Positions 13,433-27,916 of a stretch of 64,000 nucleotides of DNA are shown here, piece by piece. A program made the translations under genes and the position numbers. This DNA is from Octopus sinensis (taxonomy: Eukaryota), in NCBI RefSeq assembly GCF_006345805.1, contig NC_043001.1, forward strand, positions 16,864,001 through 16,928,000, written 5' to 3'. Numbering within the stretch: the stretch's first letter is position 1; each line of letters begins with the position of its first letter. Below the pieces are notes generated by a model that worked only from the letters and a program-made list of their open reading frames with translations, searched no databases and was not told the origin of the DNA.

Positions 13433-13784
13433 ATAGACTTTGTAATGCCACAGACAATACGCTTTAACATTCCTTTTTACTTTAACAATGTTTTTTACAC
13501 ACGCACTCTCAACCTATAAATCTATTTCTTTACCCTGTCTTTTATTTCTTTATTTTCTACGTTCGTGTTTACTTTAAAACACTTTTATCTTTGACATCAT
13601 ATGCAGTAGAGTTTGGTTGAGATGGTTTCACATCTCAATTACAATTCCTTCCTTTTTTTATTCTAGAAGCAAAAATAAGGCAACATGTTGGAAGAATCGT
13701 TAAGACGCCGGACAAAATGCTTAAAGGCATTTCTTCCGGCTCTACATTCTGTGTTCAAATGATTTCGTGGTCGATAAAATAAAT

Positions 13785-14459
13785 GCCTACAGATTATTTA
13801 GATAGAAATCAAATGTGTAAAAATACTCAGAACGTAGCGGCAGACGAAATACCTATTTCTTTATTGCCCACAAGGGGCTAAACACAGAGAGGACAATCAA
13901 GGAGAGACAAACGGATTAAGTCGATTCTATCGACCCCAGTGCGTAACTGGTACTTATTTAATCGACCCCGAAAGGAATAAAGGCAAAGTCGACCTCGGCG
14001 GAATTTGAACTCAGAACGTAGCGGCAGACGAAATACCTATTTCTTTACTACCCACAAGGGGCTAAAAACAGAGAGGACAATCAAGGGGAGACAAACGGAT
14101 TAAGTCGATTATATCGACCCCAGTGCGTAACTGGTACTTATTTAATCGACCCCGAAAGGAATAAAGGCAAAGTCGACCTCGGCGGAATTTGAACTCAGAA
14201 CGTAGCGGCAGACGAAATACCTCTTTCTTTACTACCCACAAGGGGCTAAACATATAGAGGACCAAACAAGGACAGACAAACGGATTAAGTCGATTATATC
14301 GACCCCATTGCGTAAATGGTACTTATTTAATCGACCCCGAAAGGATGAAAGGTAAAGTCGAGATAGGCGGAATTTGAACTCAGAACGTAGCGGCAGACGA
14401 AATACCGCTAAGCATTTCGCCCGGCGTGCTAACGTTCCTGCTGCCAGCTCGCCGCCTTA
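13785..14459 (-). mobile_element. SINE family B tandem array (~3.4 x 184 bp) inserted in an older family-B copy (13675-14550, +)
   Basis: ctcagaacg recurs at 13826, 14010, 14194 and 14379; 13-bp TSD cgataaaataaat at 13772-13784 and 14460-14472. Confidence 0.9.
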
Positions 14460-14599
14460 CGATAAAATAAATATCAGACGAGCACTGGGGTCGATATAAT
14501 CGACATAGCCCCTCTCCCAAAATTGCTGGTGTTGTGCCAAAATTTGAAACCATTCTAGAAGTAAAGCTTACATCGAATGAAGGGAAGTTATTGGCCAAG

Positions 14600-17500
14600 G
14601 ATTTGGTGCAAACGTAGCCAAAGATTCGATCTTGAGAACGTTAATAAATTAGCATGTGGTGTGATAACGACTTTAATTTTAAGTCCATACATTAGCAATT
14701 ACTAATTGAATAACCTAATGATGACGGAAGGGGGCGGATTCATTGTGTCATTAAAATCCACTTCTAAGATTAACTTTAAATTACTTTGATTCTAATCTGA
14801 ATAAAACTACCCTTAGGATATTGTGCACTTAAAACCATTGAAATGAGTTGGAAGGAATCTAAGTCATTCTTACTGGGGGAGAAATATGGGAATTTAACAG
14901 GAACTTTAGTACTTAAGAATATTTCCATCGATAAAGATCTTGAAATACTGGCAGCGTTTATAGCCATGAGATTAGCCGTTGGTATTTGCTAAATACTAAA
15001 GAATTTAGATATATTTGCCAGTGTCATCATTTTATGATTTAGCAATTTAAATATCCACAATTTCATATTATTTTCCTCATTTGAAAGAAGACAGAAAGCG
15101 ATCGATATTTCAATATTTTCACTCTCTTTAAATAGTGCATATCGTTGAATGTACAAATTATCAAATGCAATACAAAACTAATTATTTTCTTCATGTGAAT
15201 TTCTGGAGAACAACAATTCGCGAAATGAAATTTTGATATTAGCTATTTTACGAAACTTGAAATCTAGCAATAACTAGTTTATTAATTGACACAATATTTT
15301 GCATTTAAAATACGCAATAATGTCAATAATATCATTGGCCTGCTCATATAACTGCACTATTGCAGTTGTAAAGCTTTCTTTTAATGAGTCTGTGGTCTCC
15401 TTTCAAAACAAGTGATATATTAATATCTTTCAGGGGAATTCTGATTATTAAACTAGAAAAAGATAATCCCTCAAATAATTTAAGAGAAGCCACTCTGTCA
15501 ATCACTGTCATGATTTTATCCCATTTAAATTCATTTTGACTTATAATTAGCAACATATAATTATAGACAATCCTAATTTCTTATTTTAATAGGATGCGGT
15601 GAAAAGAGGAAAGAGCGTTCAGGGTTTTTACAGGGGCTTCAACATCGTTAAGGTCAATGTGATTTATATATTATTTGACTGTTCTTTGATTGAAGATTAG
15701 AGAAGAAACAAGGGTGAGGAGAGAATTTCAGAATTGGGGGAAGGTGTTTCGTTCGAAATCTCAGATGTGAGACATAGGGGGGAGGATAAAAGAAGATTAA
15801 ACAGGCGTATCAGGTGAGCTTAGGCGGAGGTAGAACGTAGCTTGCTATTAGTAGGTAAGATAAAATAAACATTTAGTGTGTGGACTTGTATTAGTAGTAC
15901 AGTGATCAGTGGGTATTTTATCAATCAAACGGATAACCTATTTTTTTAAAAGTGATTTTATGTGTGGAAGAAACAGCCATTATAAATATATGCAGTACTC
16001 TGATGTAGGTCAAAGTTAAGCTTTGTAGGGTTTCAGAAACTTATCAAAATTGAAGTATTTTATAGGTCTAAAAGAAAGAGGAATCGTAGCATGAAAGAAG
16101 TAGGCTTAGCATTCTCATATATATATATATATAAGGTTCCACTGAGAGACTATCAAAGAGTGTAGATATATTATTTATAACGATTTTTAATGGGCTTCGT
16201 TGTAGGAAGCGTGCTAGTGGAAACCCTGTTTTTAATCCTTTACCTGTCATCTATGACACACATTTCCAGTTTTTGTCAACCATCAGAGTAACTTGGGAGT
16301 TACAAAAGAATGTAAAAAAAGAAGGGCTAACGAAAAGTCTGAAAATAAGAATGGACTTTTAAGACAAACTTCTGAAAATATTTTGGACAGGCAAAGGGTT
16401 AATATGTATGGAGGAATTCGCTAGATAATTATGTGCCCATTGAAGGGTGTTTTTCAGGTCTTGATTTATAGAAACATGGCAGCTATATAGATCGTATGTG
16501 GATGGCATTTGTGCATAGAAAGCTAAAGAAGAGCGAAGTGGGGATGGTATCATCTGTATGGAAGGGGTTATGATTAAAAGTAAAAGGAAATAGGCCTTTA
16601 CTGTTTAGAATGAGAGGTGTATGTGGAGATATAGCCAGGGTTGATATATGTCAGAGTCTTATCAGCAGAGGCTCTGGAATCGGAAATATTGGAAATCTTT
16701 GTGGTTAAACTTCAAAATCCAGGTGAGAGAGGTGAGTGGCATGTTGGTATGTAAGGAAATCACAAAATAGACTTCTCAATAAAGAGAAAAAAAATCTGAA
16801 ATATGAAGTGTTGCTTAGACAGGAGAGAGAGAGAGGTTAGAGATTTAAAATGTCGAATAAGGTATGGAGTTTGAGTTCAAGTCGAACTCATGCTGTGTAA
16901 TGTCATATTGGATTAAAATACACAGACAAAACTTTGGGGTAAAAGAAATAATCAGTGAGATATTTCTCGTACTTCTTTTTATTGATTTGTTATGACTTAC
17001 AATTGTCACGATTAAACAAGTATTACGGTTACGGCTTGTTCCATAAGTCATCAATAATACCATAAACCAATGTCCTGCCACTTTGAAAAACATGTGGTAT
17101 TTTCTAGTGATTTTAATCAGTGCCAAACCAACTATAAATGCATAAAACAGTTTTATAGACTCTAAGAAAAGATATCCGAGTAAAGGATTAAAGTTCTCAG
17201 AAGCCCAATTTTCCAGTTCACAGAAAAAAACGGTCAAACTACTGACAGGTAGCAGCAAAGATGAGGGCAAGAAATGATAGAGCGGTCCGCCCTGAGCGGC
17301 TCTTTTGGGTTTACTGTATAAGACTTATAAAGAGGGAGCCGTTGGCAGCAAACTCAAGGGTTGCCCCAGCGGCACATACACTAGCTGTGATACCATTGAC
17401 AACTTCTTCAACAAATAAGCATCAACTTCGAAATAATTTCTGAAGATGACAATAAAAACCTTGCGTTTTCCCCTTCTCTTTATCTTTATTATCGTTTTAT

Positions 17501-17800
17501 CGTTTAATCAAGAGAAAAGACGCACTGGGCCTTACAAGGCCTGCGAGATTGGTGGGATGAAGAAAAAAAGTATTCTGGGATCAGGGACCTCTGCTAAAGG
17601 TACCATATTTGAGGGCATAAGACTCACCCCAAATTCAACGGTGCATATGGAAGAATTAAGATTTTAATGCATTACAGCATTTATTTAAAGCAACTTTGCA
17701 AATAGAACCTCGATCCTATAGTTTAAGTCAAATTTGGGGTAGGGTGAGCGAGTGCTTCTTATATATTATCAAATACGGTACTTAAGGTGCCAGGTAGTGG
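14600..17800 (-). mobile_element. Possible ancient retroelement remnant (non-microsatellite, AT-rich, stop-ridden)
   Basis: Unique-looking ~3-kb block with a fragmentary VDKTGN-like motif on the minus strand; no intact ORF. Identity uncertain. Confidence 0.25.
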
Positions 17801-17806
17801 TGTTAA

Positions 17807-17950
17807 ACGAGGTCGACTTTACCTTTCATCTTTTTGCGGTCGATTAAATAAGTACCAGTTACGCACTGGGGTCGATCTAATCGACTTAATCCGTTTGTCT
17901 GTCCTTGTTTGCCCTCTCTGTGTTTAGCCCCTTGTGGCAGTAAAGAAATA
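17807..17950 (+). mobile_element. SINE family B, 5'-truncated
   Basis: Core plus tail match. Confidence 0.85.
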
Positions 17951-18592
17951 AGTAGTGGAGTTAAACCGGACCACGGACAGAGTCTAACACCAATTTTAAT
18001 GTAGTCACTAAAATATCGAAGAAAAATAAACCATTCATTCCAGATTCCAAATCCAGTTACCATTTAGGATAGTCCTATGTATTGTTTGCATAAAAGTCTG
18101 AAGCATACAGACCTTTCAAATACTTCAATTATAATCCACACATTATGCATACATACATACATATATACATAAATTTTCTTGACCTCGGGTTTTTTATATT
18201 AAAGTACAACCGAATAAGAAAACTAATTATGTGGGTCAAGTTCAGATTCTTTAATTAGATATTGTATTTATGATTTCATAGAAAAAATACAGACAGATGT
18301 AGGTCATCCTTATCTAAATAAACATTTGATCTATGTTACCGTTGGCTTAAAATTGCTTATTTCTCATGTTTTTCTAAAGTTACTCCAAGTGGAAAAATAA
18401 AACAAAAAGTATTCCTGTTAAAGCCTAATTCAGTTGTTTTGTTAGTTCTTTAGCCCGTTACGCCAAAAAGAGCAGTGTGGTTCAGACCATACTGGAGCAC
18501 CTTCTAGAATTTCAGCAAGTAGTCGTTCTATCACAGATTGTTTTCTATGCTTTTGTTGAGGTTTACTTTAATTGTGTTGGTATATTTTTGTT

Positions 18593-18745
18593 GACTCTCT
18601 TTTACTTGTTTCAGTCATTTGACTGTGGCCTTGCTGGAGCACCGCCTTTAGTCGAGCACATCGACCCCAGGACTTATTCTTTGTAAGCCTAGTACTCATT
18701 CTATCGGTCTCTTTGCCGAGCCGCTAAGTTACGAGGACGTAAACT
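18593..18745 (-). mobile_element. SINE family A, 3' part only
   Basis: Matches the tail half (cttgtttcagtcatttgactg...ccgctaagttacg). Confidence 0.85.
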
Positions 18746-19492
18746 CACATCATCACAACCATACGTGCGCGAAATGGTGATCTCATATCAAGACAAACAG
18801 CGCATGACCTTGCAGGTGGGGCCCAGTTAGAATTTTCTTCTGCTCGAGTAGCCCATCCCGCTCAAAAAGTCCCTGTTATTATTATTATTATCATTATTAT
18901 TATTTATTTATTTATTATTTATTTATTTATTTATTTATTTTGGTTGTTCTCACTGTAGAAAACCCCGCTTATTTCTTTGCCGCCTGGTAACAAATGATCC
19001 ATGGGCCGGTGGTTGGGGGATCTCTTAATGTAAAGTGCATTTCAACCGAAACGATAAGGACAGTTTTTATTTGGATCAGAAAATATAACACTTCTCTTTT
19101 CCTTTGGGAAAGAAACATTTTTCTTTACAGGAAAATGAATTAATTCAGCTTAGAGAACATTCGCTGAAGTAAGCTATACAGGAAGCTATAATTATTAATT
19201 AATTTTCTTAAAAAGTCAACTCATTTCTTTTCTCGTTTAAGACAAAATTATGATCTAAGATGATTTTTAAATGTTAATTAATCTTTTCAAATATTCATCC
19301 GGTCTTAATTATTTTGTTTGTAGTTCTCCACGCGGTCGGAGAAATAAAATGGTGTACTGTAACCCATGAAGAATTGTTTAATGTGGTGTTGTTTGCGGAA
19401 AAGGTGTTTGTGAAATGAGGAACTTCCGCATTAAAGTTGCCTTCAGAATAAAAGAATAAAAGATTACACATCATTTGTTGCAGATTTTAAGA

Positions 19493-19527
<35 letters not shown>

Positions 19528-19836
19528 GACAGAGACAGAATCAGACAGAGGTGGGCAGGCCATCATTGTGTTCTACTCTTGTTTGTATAAGTCCACTGGA
19601 TATTAAAGTCGGACAGCTGTCGTGCTGATGACGGCTATTGCGGCAGAAGCAAACGCGTGTCCACAACTGTCCTCCCGATAATAAACCAGTGGCATGTCAC
19701 TTTTCGAGAACTTCTTGGATCTCTAGATTATCTCCCCTTCACGAGTCGAGCTGGTCTTAATTGTCATTTGGCAATTAGGATACAACCTCAAGAGGCGGAG
19801 ACAATCTTAGTAAATCAAGAATTTACGTTCTATGTT

Positions 19837-20232
19837 AGGAGTGGCTGTGTGGTGAGTAGCTTGCTAATCAACCACATGTTCCGGGCTCAGTCCCAATGCG
19901 TGGCACCTTGGGCAAGTGTCTTCTGCTATAGCCCCGGGCCGACCAATGCCTTGTGAGTAGATTTGGTAGGCGGAAACTGAAAGAAGCCCGTCGTATATAT
20001 GTATATATATATGTGTGTGCGTGTGTTTGTGTGTCTGTGTTTGTCCCCCTAGCATTGCTTGACAACCGATGCTGGTGTGTTTATGTCCCCGTCACTTAGC
20101 GGTTCGGCAAAAGAGACCGGTAGAATAAGTACTGGGCTTACAAAGAATAAGTCCCAGGGTCGAGTTGCTCGACTAAAGGCGGTGCTCCAGCATGGCCGCA
20201 GTCAAATGACTGAAACAAATAAAAGAGTAAAA
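19837..20232 (+). mobile_element. SINE family A
   Basis: Matches 4576-4997 over the full length. Confidence 0.9.
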
Positions 20233-22044
20233 GCGTATACCAGTATTCGTTTATATTGATCATTACATGCCATTGACCCCTCTGAGCACTATTGGTTCAT
20301 TTTTGTTTAAATACACGAATGCTTCAATGGATACACAGCTAGTGAGCTGTCGTTAGCTTTTAACCCCAAATTAGCTTACAGTCAAAAGGTCAGTTCCCTC
20401 TTTGTGTTTTTTGTTGTTGTTTTTTTTTAACCTGAAGCCGGCCTTGATTGTGCAGACATGACCAAAGTTTTTCCAGTTGTGACCGTATTTATTTAGTTGT
20501 TTTTTGTTTTGTTTAGTTTTTTACTTTCAGGCATATTACAGAATATTTTTTCGTTTTTATTTTATAGCTTTCAGGTTTGTAATTTGATTTGGCTACCATT
20601 TCTAACAGTTCGACTAACCCCGACGAAGCTCCCACGTTTTTTGCTCTGTGGCATTTGTTGATAGAGCGGTGATAATAGCAATGCTGCTAATGATTTTGCT
20701 GTTTAGCCAAGGTCATAGTTGATTATATAGAGCGTGGACCTATGATCAAACACGTTGTAGTCATGACAATTTCATTCTTTCTTTTTTTTTTTTTTTTTTC
20801 GAAGCATAGTTTTAACCTACATATCGAATGTGTCCTCTTCCTTTTAAGAATGCAGAGTACTTTTGAGTGAGATTTGACTGCTATTTCTAGTAAGTGGCGT
20901 GACAACGTATATGCATAGTTATTAGTTGTAGAAAACAACAGTATATTTCTGAGTGCACAGACTTGAAAATTGTTAATATTTTTACATATATTTAAAAGAA
21001 AGAATTACGAAGTGTATGTATATATACATTAAAATTTTGCATTATGTAAGCAAAATTTCTGATGGATATCCGTAAGGTTGAAATTCTGTTTACGTAATGC
21101 AAAATATTTGCCAGAAAACGTCTGCACGTTATTGCAGCTAGACGCAGGTTTATAAGGAAACCTTTCCTCGTGGAGTTTTGCCATGGAAACAACATAGATA
21201 TACAGAAGCACCTGTTTGCTTCCTGTCTACTTAAAAGTCACGTGAGAGCGCGTGTGCGCGCTCGTTTGTATTCGTGTGTGTTCGTCTAAGTGTGTGTATT
21301 TGTGTGTGTGTATGTGTGTGTGTGTCTGTGTGTGTGTGTTAAGCGAGGTGTAGATTTCAATGGTAGAGGGAAGATGATGGAAATATTAATGGAGTTAGAG
21401 TGAAGGAGTGGGGGGTGGGGGCTGGAGGAGAAGCGGAAGTAGTATGGTGGCGACAGAAAATGGAAGCTGGGGAATATGTGGTTGTGATATGTGAAAAAAA
21501 AGACGAGGTTAGAAAATGGGAAACACACGCATACACGGATAGAAACAGAGAGTGAGAGAGTTAAAAATATACGGTCAAATTATAGATGTAAAGCGAAGGG
21601 GGAAAAAAAAATAAAAAGGAAAAGGGGGGGGAAATGAATGAAGATTATAAGGAATGAATGACCGAATGAAGGAGGAAAAGAAATATGGAAATAGAGAAAG
21701 GATAATTATTGCTATGTGAAAAATAGTGTAATTGTGTAAGAGAGCTAAAAATAAACGGAAATCTAAAAGAACATAAAAACTGTTTGCTGCCATGAATAAA
21801 CGGAAATATTGAGAATAAACGGAATAAACAAACGGGCAGAATGAAAGCATAAAGGAATAAAGGAATAATATTTGGATGAACATAGTCAGGAATAAAACGA
21901 GAGAGAGAGAGAAAGAGAGAGAGTGTGTGTGTGAGAGAGAGAGATGAGTGGAGAATAAATAGGGTGAATGTACTCGGGTAGAATTTGCAAGGGACGAATA
22001 TGAATTAAAGATTACACAAGGGAATACATAAATGTGGTCATATC

Positions 22045-22400
22045 TCTTTCTCTCTTTTACTTGTTTCGGTCGTTTGACTGCGGCCATGCTGGAGCACCGC
22101 CTTTAGTCGAGTAAATCGACCCCAGGACTTGTTCTTTGTAAGTCTTTTGCCGAACCGCTAAGTTACGGTGGCGTAAACACAACACCATCGGTCGTCAAGC
22201 GATGTGGGGGGGGACAAACACAGACACACAAACATATACATACATAAATATATACATATATACGACGGGCTTCCTTCAGTTTCCGTCTACCAAATCTACT
22301 CACAAGGCTTTGGTCGGCCCGAAGCTACAGCCGAAGACACTTGCTCAAGGTGCCATGCAGTTGGACTGAACCCAGAACCATGTGGTTCGTAAGCAAGCTT
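22045..22400 (-). mobile_element. SINE family A (slightly 5'-truncated)
   Basis: Reverse-complement match to family A. Confidence 0.88.
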
Positions 22401-22404
22401 GCCT

Positions 22405-22915
22405 TTTTTCGTCTTTGGCATTACATATCTTGGATTACATTATCTAATGCGTCCTTCCTTTTCTGCTTTTTGTTTTTGTCTTCAGATTATATGATTTAAG
22501 GGAGATTTCGCTAATATTTCATTCAATTACTTATTGTAGCTGTTGTTTAGCTCGAGCTATGACCGAATGCCTTCCATTCATGACCAACCTGTCTTAGTAT
22601 ATCTAGAATTATGTATAGTGTGCAAAACTGTGATTGGAGGAAGATGTTGCTGCTATTTCTAGTAGGTTGAGCAATCACTTTGAGGATCCTTGCTGATTCA
22701 ATGGTTGTTGTTTTCACTTAGGCCAACACTGATCACGCAGACCTATGGTCTAAAACATTCCAGTCGAGATCATCCACTTTTTATTTTCACAGTGCACCTA
22801 GGAATATGTTATCTCATGTACCCTTCCTTTCTTAAAACTACAGGATTTGATTAAGGGAGATTTGGTTGTTAATTCCTGCAGGTTGAGCATCTTTGTAGGG
22901 GCTCTCTAACTGACT
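22405..22915 (+). repeat. Old dispersed ~200-bp repeat family D, here ~3 degenerate tandem copies
   Basis: Motifs gttgtttagc.., gacctatg..aaacattccagtc, gggagatttgg.tg.tatttctag recur. Further copies lie at ~7970, 20340, 20695, 23040(-), 25640, 38500, 53160(-) and 63900(-). Confidence 0.6.
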
Positions 22916-23527
22916 CCTGGCTGGTGGGATGGGTAACACGGAGAGAATTTTGCAAAACCTCGAGCTGAATTTTTCTTTTTCAGGATTTAGGATTGAAACA
23001 ACCTGATTAAAAAGCTACTTCTTTCAGATATTTTAATACACTCATATACGTGGTGATTCGATCAGTTAGAAACAGCAGCCCATCACAACCTCTTGTTTTG
23101 AATAAGGAAAGGGCACATCAAAGAATGTGAAAAGCTTAGCCATCACATACGAGCAAATGGGACCTGATAGTTTCTACCAGACTTTCGCTTATTGTTTCAG
23201 GTGCTTATGTAGTCGCGAGCAGATACAGATAGTCTCTGAGAAGCAAAGCATCGTGAATGTGACTGATGGTTGTATCATGTATGTGCAACGGTGCACATAC
23301 ATGCTACATGGAATATACACGGAGGCTCGTGATTCTATTTTATTCTTTCCTTTCATCTAATGTATTACTGATAAAGCCCCCGCCAAAAGATGATTTTCTA
23401 TATGGTCTCTCAACCTAACAGAAACAGCAGCCAAATTATATACATACAAACCGTCTTCAAAAATAGTTTTAACGACACATTGGGTAATATAAGCCTAGCT
23501 CAATTAATCACAGATATATACTCGCTC

Positions 23528-23792
23528 GTGGAAGCGCGTGGCTTAGTGGTTGGGGTGTCAGCATCATGATCGTAAGATTGTAGTTTCGATTCTTGGACCG
23601 GGTGACACATTGTGTTCTTGAGCAAAAACATTCATTTCACGTTTGCTCCCTTCCCACTCAGCTGGCAAAAAGAGTAACGCTGCAATGGACTGGCGTTCCG
23701 TCCAGCTGGGGATCACATACGCCATAGAAACCGGGAAACCGGGCCCATGAGCCTGGCTAGGCTTTAAAAAGGGCGCATTTATTTAATTTTTT
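23528..23792 (+). mobile_element. tRNA-derived SINE with CORE-like domain, tail type T2
   Basis: Head ggaagcgcgtggcttagtggtt...gtttcgattc; CORE-like ttgtgttcttgagcaaaaacattcatttc; TSD tatatactc(g/a)ctc at 23515-23527 and 23793-23805. Confidence 0.82.
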
Positions 23793-24079
23793 TATATACT
23801 CACTCAGAGCTGACTGAGGGATAAATAACCACAGGTCGGTCTGTGTATAAGAATAAGAACTGATATACGAAACCCCGAGGAAAATCCATAGACGTGATGT
23901 AGTACTCATTCTTCAGAAGGGCTTAACTAGGGTTATGGCAGAACAGAACCTCCTTTCAGTACGATGCTTGTTCCCATTATGAACTCAAGATCGCAGAAAT
24001 AGAAAAAACATCAAATCTAGCGGCCACTTTCCATTCACAACTCTTCCCTTCTTTCTTTGACTAACTCTAGCATTCTTCA

Positions 24080-24143
<64 letters not shown>

Positions 24144-24686
24144 TACTGTTTGTATGCAATAAATGAGGCCTTCTGCTGTCACTCAACCTATTAGAAAAAT
24201 AACAACCAAATCTGCATCTAATAATACTTTAAAAAAAAAGATGGTTACAAAAGATAACGTAATCCTAGGTGCACTGTGCCTTTTCGTAATGGCCACGCAA
24301 TGGTCACAGCAGGAATTTCTTTTGTTATAAACCAGTTCATTTACATCTGACGTGGGTCCAAACAACTACAGAATTCTGTATATCTAAGTATATTTTACAC
24401 TATTCAGACAGTTTGTTGATCCTATAAATATGTTCTTGTGTTCCTTACCATTCATATGTGTATATAAATGGTGTGTACCCAGAAAGAAATTTATTAATAA
24501 TGCAAATATATATAATATATAATATATATAGATATATATATATATTATATATATCTATATAATTATTATTTATTTATTTGCTCATCTGTCTCCTTCTCTG
24601 TATGAATATAAATATACATAATACGCCTATTATTCATAAGCACCGCAGCTTTATCTAACTACGTGTTGTATATAGATATTAGTGTG

Positions 24687-24729
<43 letters not shown>

Positions 24730-27227
24730 GACAGAGAGACAGAGATGGAGAGATGCGCATGCGTATGTGTAGGAGTATGAGTGTATTACTATATAAGTAA
24801 TATAAGTAACTATTAGACAGTTTCGTACGGTTTCTTACAAAAATGTCAGCATCTGGTAACCATCTTAAAACTTTACTCAGAGATTGAAACTCACTGTTTG
24901 AAGATGCAATCTTTAATTCCATCTAATATACCAAAGTTATTCTTTCTTTCCTTCCCCCCCCCCCTCAAGTCTATTTGCTTGTTTGTTGTAATTGTTGTTT
25001 TACTATTTTAAAACTTTTCCTTTTATTATTATTATTTTTTTTTCACACGTTTCGTGGGTGGGATAGGTTGGGCAATAAAAAAAAATGCCTACATTTGTAT
25101 AATACATGCGCATTGCTTTTGCAGCTGGATGCCTTTCCCTTCCGAATAGCTCAGCCGTGAAGTAGGAGTGGAACCGATTGGCAGTTTGACAAACAAACCT
25201 AGTTAAACAGAGCGCCTTCTCCAGAAAAGCACACACACACACAAACAGAAAAAACGCTGTTCTGTTTGAACCCAAAACAATATGGTTCTCCATACAAAGT
25301 TGTCAAGGTCTTAAAACATTCGATTTTTTTTTAATGCTAAGGTTGTTGATGGTGGTGGTGGTGGTTGTGGTGGTGATAGTGGGGAGCAGATCTTTTCTTC
25401 GAAAGCCCCAAAACAAGATGAGAAACCGCTTAGTGTAAGGGACTACGAAGGAAAAATTAAGACGAATGGATTTTTAAGACTTCAAAAATGTTCAAGTCAC
25501 AAGAAGGAGGAAAACAATGCGATGAAAGAGAGTTCAAAAGTCTGGCAATTCAAAGGGAAAAAGCTACCACCGTAGAAAGATCTTATTCGTGGAAAATCAA
25601 CAGCGTTTGAATGAAGACGCTGTGAGTTTCGAATCAGGAGAGATGGCACAAAGTGATCTGAAACTAAGAGATCAATGATTAAAGACATTCCAGCTGTGAC
25701 CATCACATTTTTCTCCACTGTGCAGTGAACTCAGGACCACATTATTGAACGTGTTCTATTATATGGTTGGATGTGATGTGAGGGAGATTTGGCTGCATTT
25801 TTTCTAGCAAGTCGATTACCATGTAGAAACTTCGTCGTTAGTTCGATACCAGTGGTGCAAAAGGTGATAACGACAAATTCAGGACTTCAGAACAAAACCA
25901 AAATATCAAAATAATCCTTTAGTGAACAAATATTTCATTTTTTTACTAGCTTTGGTCATTGGACGATGGTCATGCTGAGACATTACGTCATTCATACTGA
26001 CTCGAGTATTTAATTTTCACTTACTTAATCAGCCTCCGAACACAAGGAAAGCAAAACAGAATGCGATTCTTGCTCATAGCCCAAGTAACAACAACTCTCG
26101 AATTATCTCTTCTCACATACACACACTATCAGTCAAAGTACAAAGGAGTGAAACGCTAGTTTTAATCTTGATGGCAGTGGAAGTTATTGATCTCTTGTAT
26201 GGACTATCGTAAAAAGGAATCGCTGGATATTAACACCACCAACATTTTCACTTCGTTGCAAAGATTCGTGCCTCTTACTAGATCTTTCTTTGTGTAGTGC
26301 TGCAGTTTGTTTATGGATAGAAGTAGAAGAATAGGATAGATTTGCATCAGTCATGGTCCCTTCTTCTCTTTCTCCTTTCTCTCATCAATTTCGAAGTTTC
26401 TCTGTTGATTAAAGCTACAAACTTTTCTTCTTTCAAAAACAATCACAAAGCAAAATGAAACAAGTAAACGCTACGAAATATCTCGTCTCAGTAACGGTAC
26501 AGTTATTAACAGTCTAACTGATTTGGTGAGAATAATAAAATCTAATAAACCGTTAACACATACGCAGTGAAGAGAAACAAACATTAGCACATTGCGTGGT
26601 CGATATTATTTTAATCTAGTCCGGACAACTACTGTCGACAACTCCTGACGTGTTTTGGTCTTATTAAACTTCTTTAGCGAATCATAAACCTTCGTTTAAA
26701 AATAGGGACATTTTTATCGGGACTGAGATCAATGGATAAGCAGTAACCATGACAACAGCAGGATCTATAACAACAACAACAACAACTACTACTACTACTA
26801 CTATTACTACTACTACTGAACCACAAGCCAATAAAAGGGTTTTTGTTGGGATGCTTAATCTGCCAGAAATAACAACTAAATCCACTTCATATTGCATCCT
26901 TCCGTCATAATATAAAATAGACACTTTGTTTATGTGCCTCTGATATATAAATATATGGAGTTGTCGTGGCTGGAATGCCTTTCGGCATTTGTCTGCCTCA
27001 ACAGTAAGAGAACAAAAACTAAGTAAAAAAAACAACAACTACAAAAGAAGCAGTGACAACAGCAACAACAATAACAACAAAACAACAACAATAATAATAT
27101 CAGCAAACAAGGGCAGCAGGAGTTGGAAAGTATGGGGGGTAGAGAGGGGAAATGGCAATTTGGAATGGGGTGGGGTGGGGGACGATAACAAATAATCAGA
27201 AACGAATACACACAAGCACTCACGCGC

Positions 27228-27274
27228 GATAGAGACAGACAGACAGGCAGGCAGACAGACACAGGCAGACAGAC

Positions 27275-27321
<47 letters not shown>

Positions 27322-27342
27322 CAGATAGATAGATAGATAGAC

Positions 27343-27389
<47 letters not shown>

Positions 27390-27577
27390 CAGACAGAAGA
27401 TAGACAGACAGATAGATAGATAGGCAGATAGATAGACAGACAGATAGATAGATAGATAGATAGGCAGATAGATAGGCAGATATATAGATAGATAGATTGA
27501 CAGACAGACAGGCAGATATATAGATAGATAGATTGACAGACAGACAGATAGACAGATAGATAGATTGACAGACAGAC

Positions 27578-27635
<58 letters not shown>
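27228..27635 (+). repeat. (GATA)/(GACA)n compound microsatellite
   Basis: Direct reading. Confidence 0.97.
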
Positions 27636-27636
<1 letters not shown>

Positions 27637-27816
27637 ATTGTGTTTCATTAGAGAGAGAGAGGTGGGTTGAAGAGTGGGAAAGAGTAAGGGAAACTGAGAG
27701 AAAAGCAAACATACAGAGTTACATTTATATTTTTTTTTCTGGTCTTCATTTGAGCCATGAGAACAAAAACAAAAGATGAAAATGAAATGAAATAGAATAA
27801 AAAAGGAAAAAAACAT

Positions 27817-27916
27817 NNNNNNNNNNNNNNNNNNNNNNNNNNNNNNNNNNNNNNNNNNNNNNNNNNNNNNNNNNNNNNNNNNNNNNNNNNNNNNNNNNNN
27901 NNNNNNNNNNNNNNNN
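27817..27916. other. Assembly gap (100 N)
   Basis: Run of exactly 100 n, followed directly by a (GAAA)n tract and ~180 bp after a (GATA)n tract. Confidence 0.99.

Noticed and set aside
13826-14458. Regularly spaced repeats resembling a CRISPR array
   Set aside because: Units are whole 184-bp SINE bodies with no unique spacers, there are no cas genes, and the context is eukaryotic.
19600-19800. GC-richer stretch with DGYCG, considered as a missing CUB1 exon
   Set aside because: No CUB motif spacing and no suitable acceptor/donor pair in a compatible phase.
23199-23330. ttgtttcag acceptor-like site considered as an upstream tolloid exon
   Set aside because: The phase-1 frame stops after 10 codons and the other frames show no CUB or astacin similarity.
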